Source of the DNA: Raphidiopsis brookii D9
GTDB taxonomy: Bacteria; Cyanobacteriota; Cyanobacteriia; Cyanobacteriales; Nostocaceae
Length of the DNA stretch: 32,000 bases
Direction: 5' to 3'
Assembly (NCBI GenBank): GCA_000175855.1
Contig: ACYB01000035.1
Span: forward strand, 360,001 to 392,000
Shown here one piece after another: positions 28,072 to 32,000 of the stretch. Position numbers and translations under genes: made by a program. The notes under the pieces are model-generated. The model did no database searches, had not been told where the DNA came from, and worked only from the letters and a program-made list of their open reading frames with translations. Position 1 is the stretch's first letter, and every line of letters begins with the position of its first letter.

Positions 28072-29820
28072 TTACACAGGGTTTAACTGAGTTGGTGTTG
28101 ATACTACTTGCCAAAGTGAGGCATATAGCCCTTCTTGTTCAATCAAATTGCCGTGAGAACCTGAAGCTACTAGTTTTCCATTTTCTAAGACAAAAATTGT
28201 ATTTGCACCTAACACCTGTTTTAAGGAGTGAGTGATGACAATAACAGTGCGTTCTTTAGCGAGTTGTTCCAGAGTAGAAATTATTTCTGCTTCAGTGAGA
28301 GGATCTAATGCTGATGTAGCTTCATCAAGAATTAAAATGGCTGGATTTCTAATTAACGCCCTAGCTAAAGCAATTCTTTGTTTTTGTCCCCCTGAAAGTT
28401 GTCCACCGCGATCGCCAACAGAACTATCATAACCCTCAGGTAATGTTAAGATAAAATCGTGTATTTGTGCTGCTTTGGCTGCGGTTTCCACCGCTTCATC
28501 AGTCGCTTTTAAATTACCCATACGGATATTTTCTCGCATGGAATAATTAAATAATATCACTTCTTGAGAAACTAAGCCAATTTGAGAACGTAGCGATCCC
28601 ATTGTTGCTTGACACAAATCAATCCCATCAAATAGAATTTTTCCTGATGTTGGTTCATAAAGTCGTGTGATTAAATTAACAATTGTACTTTTGCCTGCAC
28701 CACTACCACCAACGAAAGCGACAAAATCACCTTTACGTATTTTTAACGATAAATTTTCAATTCCACATCTATCTTCACTGTATTTAAACGACACATTATC
28801 AAAGTAAATTTCCCGTTCAAAATTTGATAACTCTATTGCATCTGATGCATCTTTAATTTTCGGAACTTCTTGTAAAATATCTTCAATACGCTGCATTCCT
28901 GCTGCACCATTAATCACATGAGGTAATCCCCAACTAAAGTAGTTAATACTAGAATGTAGTCCCATTAATACTACTTGATTAGAAACCAATGTTCCCACTG
29001 AAATCCAATTCTGGTAGGTCATTAAGGAACTGACACCCAAAATTATAATCTGCACTAGGATAAAAGTAATCTCAGGAACTCTTTGCACTAAATAAGATAA
29101 AAACTTAGAAGTGACATATATTTGTTTTAATTCTACTAGTTGATTAGTAAAATCCTCGGACATTCTGGTTTCTAGTCCAAGCACTTTAATAACAGTCTGA
29201 GAGATAATATTTTCTTCTATTATACTAGCAAGATATCCTTCTTTTTGTCTAAGTTCATAGTTTGGTTGAGTCGCAAAACGGATGGCTATAGTGGGTGCAA
29301 AGGTACAGATAATTAATCCTAGAGAACTAAAAAGAGCTAATTTCCAATTGAGGTAAAATAAATAAACACCTGAAAAAATAATATGAGTGATATTTAAAAA
29401 TATCACGGTCATTCCTTGAATAATGCAGTATTCTACTTTTTCTGTATCAGCCAGAAAACGGTTGACAATATTGCCAGCAGAATTTATCCCAAAAAATCTC
29501 ATTGATAATATTTGGATATGGTTAAACAAATCCCGCCTTATACCATTAGCAATTAAAATACTAAACTGAGCATCAAAATAATCAACTAACAAACTAATAA
29601 TTGTGAATAAAATTGTGCTTCCACCTAATAATAATAGAATAAAAATTAGTAAATCATAATCTTGAGGAATAATTGCTTGGTCAATAATAAATTTAAAACT
29701 AGCACCCATTCCAGCATTAAATATTCCCTCAAATATCCGCCCCAATATCAAAAATATTGCCATCCATTTGTAAGGATAAATATATTTGATGACCGTTTGT
29801 AGAAATTTCCAAATACTCAT
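28072..29820 (-). CDS. ABC transporter, fused TM and ATPase domains (MsbA/HlyB-type exporter)
   Basis: Walker A GGSGAGKSTI, signature LSGGQKQRIALARALI, Walker B AILILDEATSALD, N-terminal TMD. Confidence 0.95.
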   Translation of the reverse strand: MSIWKFLQTVIKYIYPYKWMAIFLILGRIFEGIFNAGMGASFKFIIDQAIIPQDYDLLIFILLLLGGSTILFTIISLLVDYFDAQFSILIANGIRRDLFNHIQILSMRFFGINSAGNIVNRFLADTEKVEYCIIQGMTVIFLNITHIIFSGVYLFYLNWKLALFSSLGLIICTFAPTIAIRFATQPNYELRQKEGYLASIIEENIISQTVIKVLGLETRMSEDFTNQLVELKQIYVTSKFLSYLVQRVPEITFILVQIIILGVSSLMTYQNWISVGTLVSNQVVLMGLHSSINYFSWGLPHVINGAAGMQRIEDILQEVPKIKDASDAIELSNFEREIYFDNVSFKYSEDRCGIENLSLKIRKGDFVAFVGGSGAGKSTIVNLITRLYEPTSGKILFDGIDLCQATMGSLRSQIGLVSQEVILFNYSMRENIRMGNLKATDEAVETAAKAAQIHDFILTLPEGYDSSVGDRGGQLSGGQKQRIALARALIRNPAILILDEATSALDPLTEAEIISTLEQLAKERTVIVITHSLKQVLGANTIFVLENGKLVASGSHGNLIEQEGLYASLWQVVSTPTQLNPV

Positions 29821-29829
29821 TTTTGGCTC

Positions 29830-30840
29830 TTAATTAAAAAGGAACTTCTCACTACTACTATATCTTTGCCATGCTGCATCAACTATAGCATTAACCATTT
29901 CTGTATAGGAAATTCCGGCTAAACGTCCCATAATCGGCAAATCTGAGTAGATATAATCAAGTCCTGGTAAGGGGTTGATTTCCAAAAAATGTAATACTCC
30001 ATTGGCATCACAACGCAAGTCTAAACGCGCAGCATCTCGACAACCAAGGAGATAATAAACCTCTAAGGCAAGTTGTTCTGCTTGTATAGCTAACGGTTCA
30101 GGATTCGTTATTAATTGATAAGCTATTCTGTCTAGATACTCCTGTTTATTTAAAGTTGTATAGGAGTCTGTTTCTGCTTTATCTGTAAAAATTACTTCCA
30201 TGATTCCGACTACTTTTGCCTGACTACCATTGCCAATAATACCGACTGTTATTTCTCTCCCAGGGAGGAAAGTTTCTACTAGTATAGGCTGTTGAAATTG
30301 ATTGTATAATGTTTGACAAATGTTAAACAATTCTGCTTTATCTTTGACTAAAGATTGACCAGTTATACCTTTAGAACTCCCCTCAGATAAGGGTTTACAA
30401 AAAAGTGGCAGAGGTAGGTTAATATTAGCAATTTCTACAATATTGTTAATAACAATAAAAGGGGCTGTTGGTAACCCGCGATCACGCACTATTCTTTTAG
30501 TCAAGGCTTTATCTAAAGTTAAGGCACAAGTGAGAGGGTCAGAAAATGTATAAGCCTGATCAAATAACTCACAAACTGCCGGAACTTGAGCTTCACGCGA
30601 TCGCCCTTTTATACCTTCAGCGATATTAAACACTAAATCCCAGCGATCGCCATTTACTAACTTGCGCGTCAATTCCCCACCATTACCAATACGTTCTACT
30701 TGATGTCCCAAATCATTAAGGGTATTTTCTAGGCCGATGATGGTTTCTTCATCATCAAATTCCATGACTTCTGTAGTACTAAAACCTGCCTTAATATATT
30801 CGGTTTTCAAGTCATAACATAGTCCAATTAATAATCCCAT
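29830..30840 (-). CDS. ATP-grasp enzyme, D-alanine--D-alanine ligase-like
   Basis: FNIAEGIKGRSREAQVPAVCELF, TCALTLDKALTKRIV, LFCKPLSEGSSKGI, VETFLPGREITVGII, RLDLRCDANGVLHFLEINPLPGLD. Confidence 0.88.
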   Translation of the reverse strand: MGLLIGLCYDLKTEYIKAGFSTTEVMEFDDEETIIGLENTLNDLGHQVERIGNGGELTRKLVNGDRWDLVFNIAEGIKGRSREAQVPAVCELFDQAYTFSDPLTCALTLDKALTKRIVRDRGLPTAPFIVINNIVEIANINLPLPLFCKPLSEGSSKGITGQSLVKDKAELFNICQTLYNQFQQPILVETFLPGREITVGIIGNGSQAKVVGIMEVIFTDKAETDSYTTLNKQEYLDRIAYQLITNPEPLAIQAEQLALEVYYLLGCRDAARLDLRCDANGVLHFLEINPLPGLDYIYSDLPIMGRLAGISYTEMVNAIVDAAWQRYSSSEKFLFN

Positions 30841-30917
30841 TGCTGTTAACTAACTCCATCATTGTCTTTTATCGTAATCTTAGATATTTCCTTGATTCTT
30901 ACGGTTTTTGGTTAAGT

Positions 30918-32000
30918 CTAGTCAACTGGATCTAGATAAGTAAAACTCCTATCCTGCCAGTTTTTCACAATTGCTTTGCCATTTTCATAACCAATTAATG
31001 TTTCTGGTTGAATTGGTACCTTGCCACCTCCACCAGGGGCATCAATGACATAAGTAGGTATAGCATAACCTGTAGTATGACTACGCAATTTAGAGATTAA
31101 ATCTAAACCACTTTGAATGCTGGTGCGTAAATGAGAAGTACCGACTACTGGGTCACACTGATAAAGATAATAAGGCCGTACACGCAATTTTAGCAGACCG
31201 TGAAATAAATTTTTCAGAGCCTGTTCCGAGTCATTTACACCTTTAAGGAGTACAGTTTGACAACCTAAAGGAATGCCACCATCAGCCAGTAAATCACAGG
31301 CTTGGGCTACTTCCAATGTTAATTCTCGCAGATGACAAAAATGCACGGATAACCACACACGGTGTTTACGCAATACCTTGACTAATTCCGGTGTGATCCT
31401 CTGTGGCAAGAAACAGGGGACACGAGAACCAATTCTCACAAATTCAATATGGGAAATCCCTCGTAACCTTCCTAGTAAACTATCTAATACCTGATTAGAC
31501 ATCAATAAAGGATCACCTCCAGAAATTAAAACATCACGTACTTCTGTATGATCTTCTAGATAATTAATCATTGCATCTAAACGATGTTTAATGGGGGTCA
31601 TTTCCCCTTGACTAACTAAACGCGAACGAGTGCAATAACGACAGTAGGCAGCGCAACTATCTAAAGCTAATAGTAATACTCTGTCAGGGTAACGATGTAC
31701 TATTCCCGGAACGGGCGATTGATTATCCTCTCCACATGGATCTATCATATCCCCAGAACTAACTATCAATTCTTCTTTCCTAGGTATTACTTGTAATCGC
31801 AGTGGACAATTAGCATCTTCAGGATCAAGCAGGGATGCAAAGTAGGGTGTGACAGCTACAGCAAACTTATCCACTGCCATTATAAAACCCTGTTCTTCTT
31901 CCGGAGTCAGGCATAGTAACTTCTGAAACTGTTCTAACTTAGTTAAGCGATGGCGCATTTGCCATTGCCAATCTTTCCAGCTTTCAGGTTCATAGGTTTC
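30918..32000 (-). CDS. kamA: Lysine 2,3-aminomutase-like radical SAM enzyme; 5' end beyond the window
   Basis: Radical SAM CAAYCRYCTR, VRDVLISGGDPLL, HFCHLRELT, YLYQCDPVVGTSHLRT, IDAPGGGGKVP. The frame stays open upstream of the tracked Met to 32000, encoding ETYEPESWKDWQWQMRHRLT. Confidence 0.92.
   Translation of the reverse strand, partial: ETYEPESWKDWQWQMRHRLTKLEQFQKLLCLTPEEEQGFIMAVDKFAVAVTPYFASLLDPEDANCPLRLQVIPRKEELIVSSGDMIDPCGEDNQSPVPGIVHRYPDRVLLLALDSCAAYCRYCTRSRLVSQGEMTPIKHRLDAMINYLEDHTEVRDVLISGGDPLLMSNQVLDSLLGRLRGISHIEFVRIGSRVPCFLPQRITPELVKVLRKHRVWLSVHFCHLRELTLEVAQACDLLADGGIPLGCQTVLLKGVNDSEQALKNLFHGLLKLRVRPYYLYQCDPVVGTSHLRTSIQSGLDLISKLRSHTTGYAIPTYVIDAPGGGGKVPIQPETLIGYENGKAIVKNWQDRSFTYLDPVD

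Overview
This is a chromosomal window from a cyanobacterium. The HIP1 octamer GCGATCGC recurs throughout, cyanobacterial conserved hypotheticals are common, and the gene content suggests a Nostocales-type genome (inference only). Most of the window is ordinary housekeeping or conserved DNA: gamma-glutamylcyclotransferase-like, recR, Rrf2 and Crp/Fnr regulators with a TauE-like permease, a PIG-V-like mannosyltransferase, dxr, a thioesterase, a DinG-like helicase, a sigma-like factor, a histidine kinase, ppk and DUF-type genes. The most interesting accessory region is 17.7-25.0 kb, which looks like a decay island. It holds a probable DUF4351 pseudogene and a trypsin-like protease fragment, then an FHA-like/vWA gene pair. 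After these come a minimal CRISPR array (one intact 37-nt repeat, one spacer, one degenerate repeat), a C-terminal Cas3 helicase fragment, an un-called WYL-domain regulator fragment and a 98-bp direct duplication of the vWA gene 3' end. The island ends with one truncated and one complete IS1-like element and a truncated phosphoketolase gene. The second accessory area (28.1-32.0 kb) is a compact minus-strand unit: lysine 2,3-aminomutase-like radical SAM enzyme (running off the right edge), ATP-grasp ligase and ABC exporter, with a convergent SET-domain gene. This could be a small-molecule or peptide tailoring and export cassette. Other points: recR seems to start at a non-canonical ACG codon, ppk is frameshifted at an A7 run, and a three-phase 87-bp HIP1-centred tandem repeat lies upstream of an orphan-looking DNA methyltransferase. 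All family names come from motif recognition. No database searches were run.
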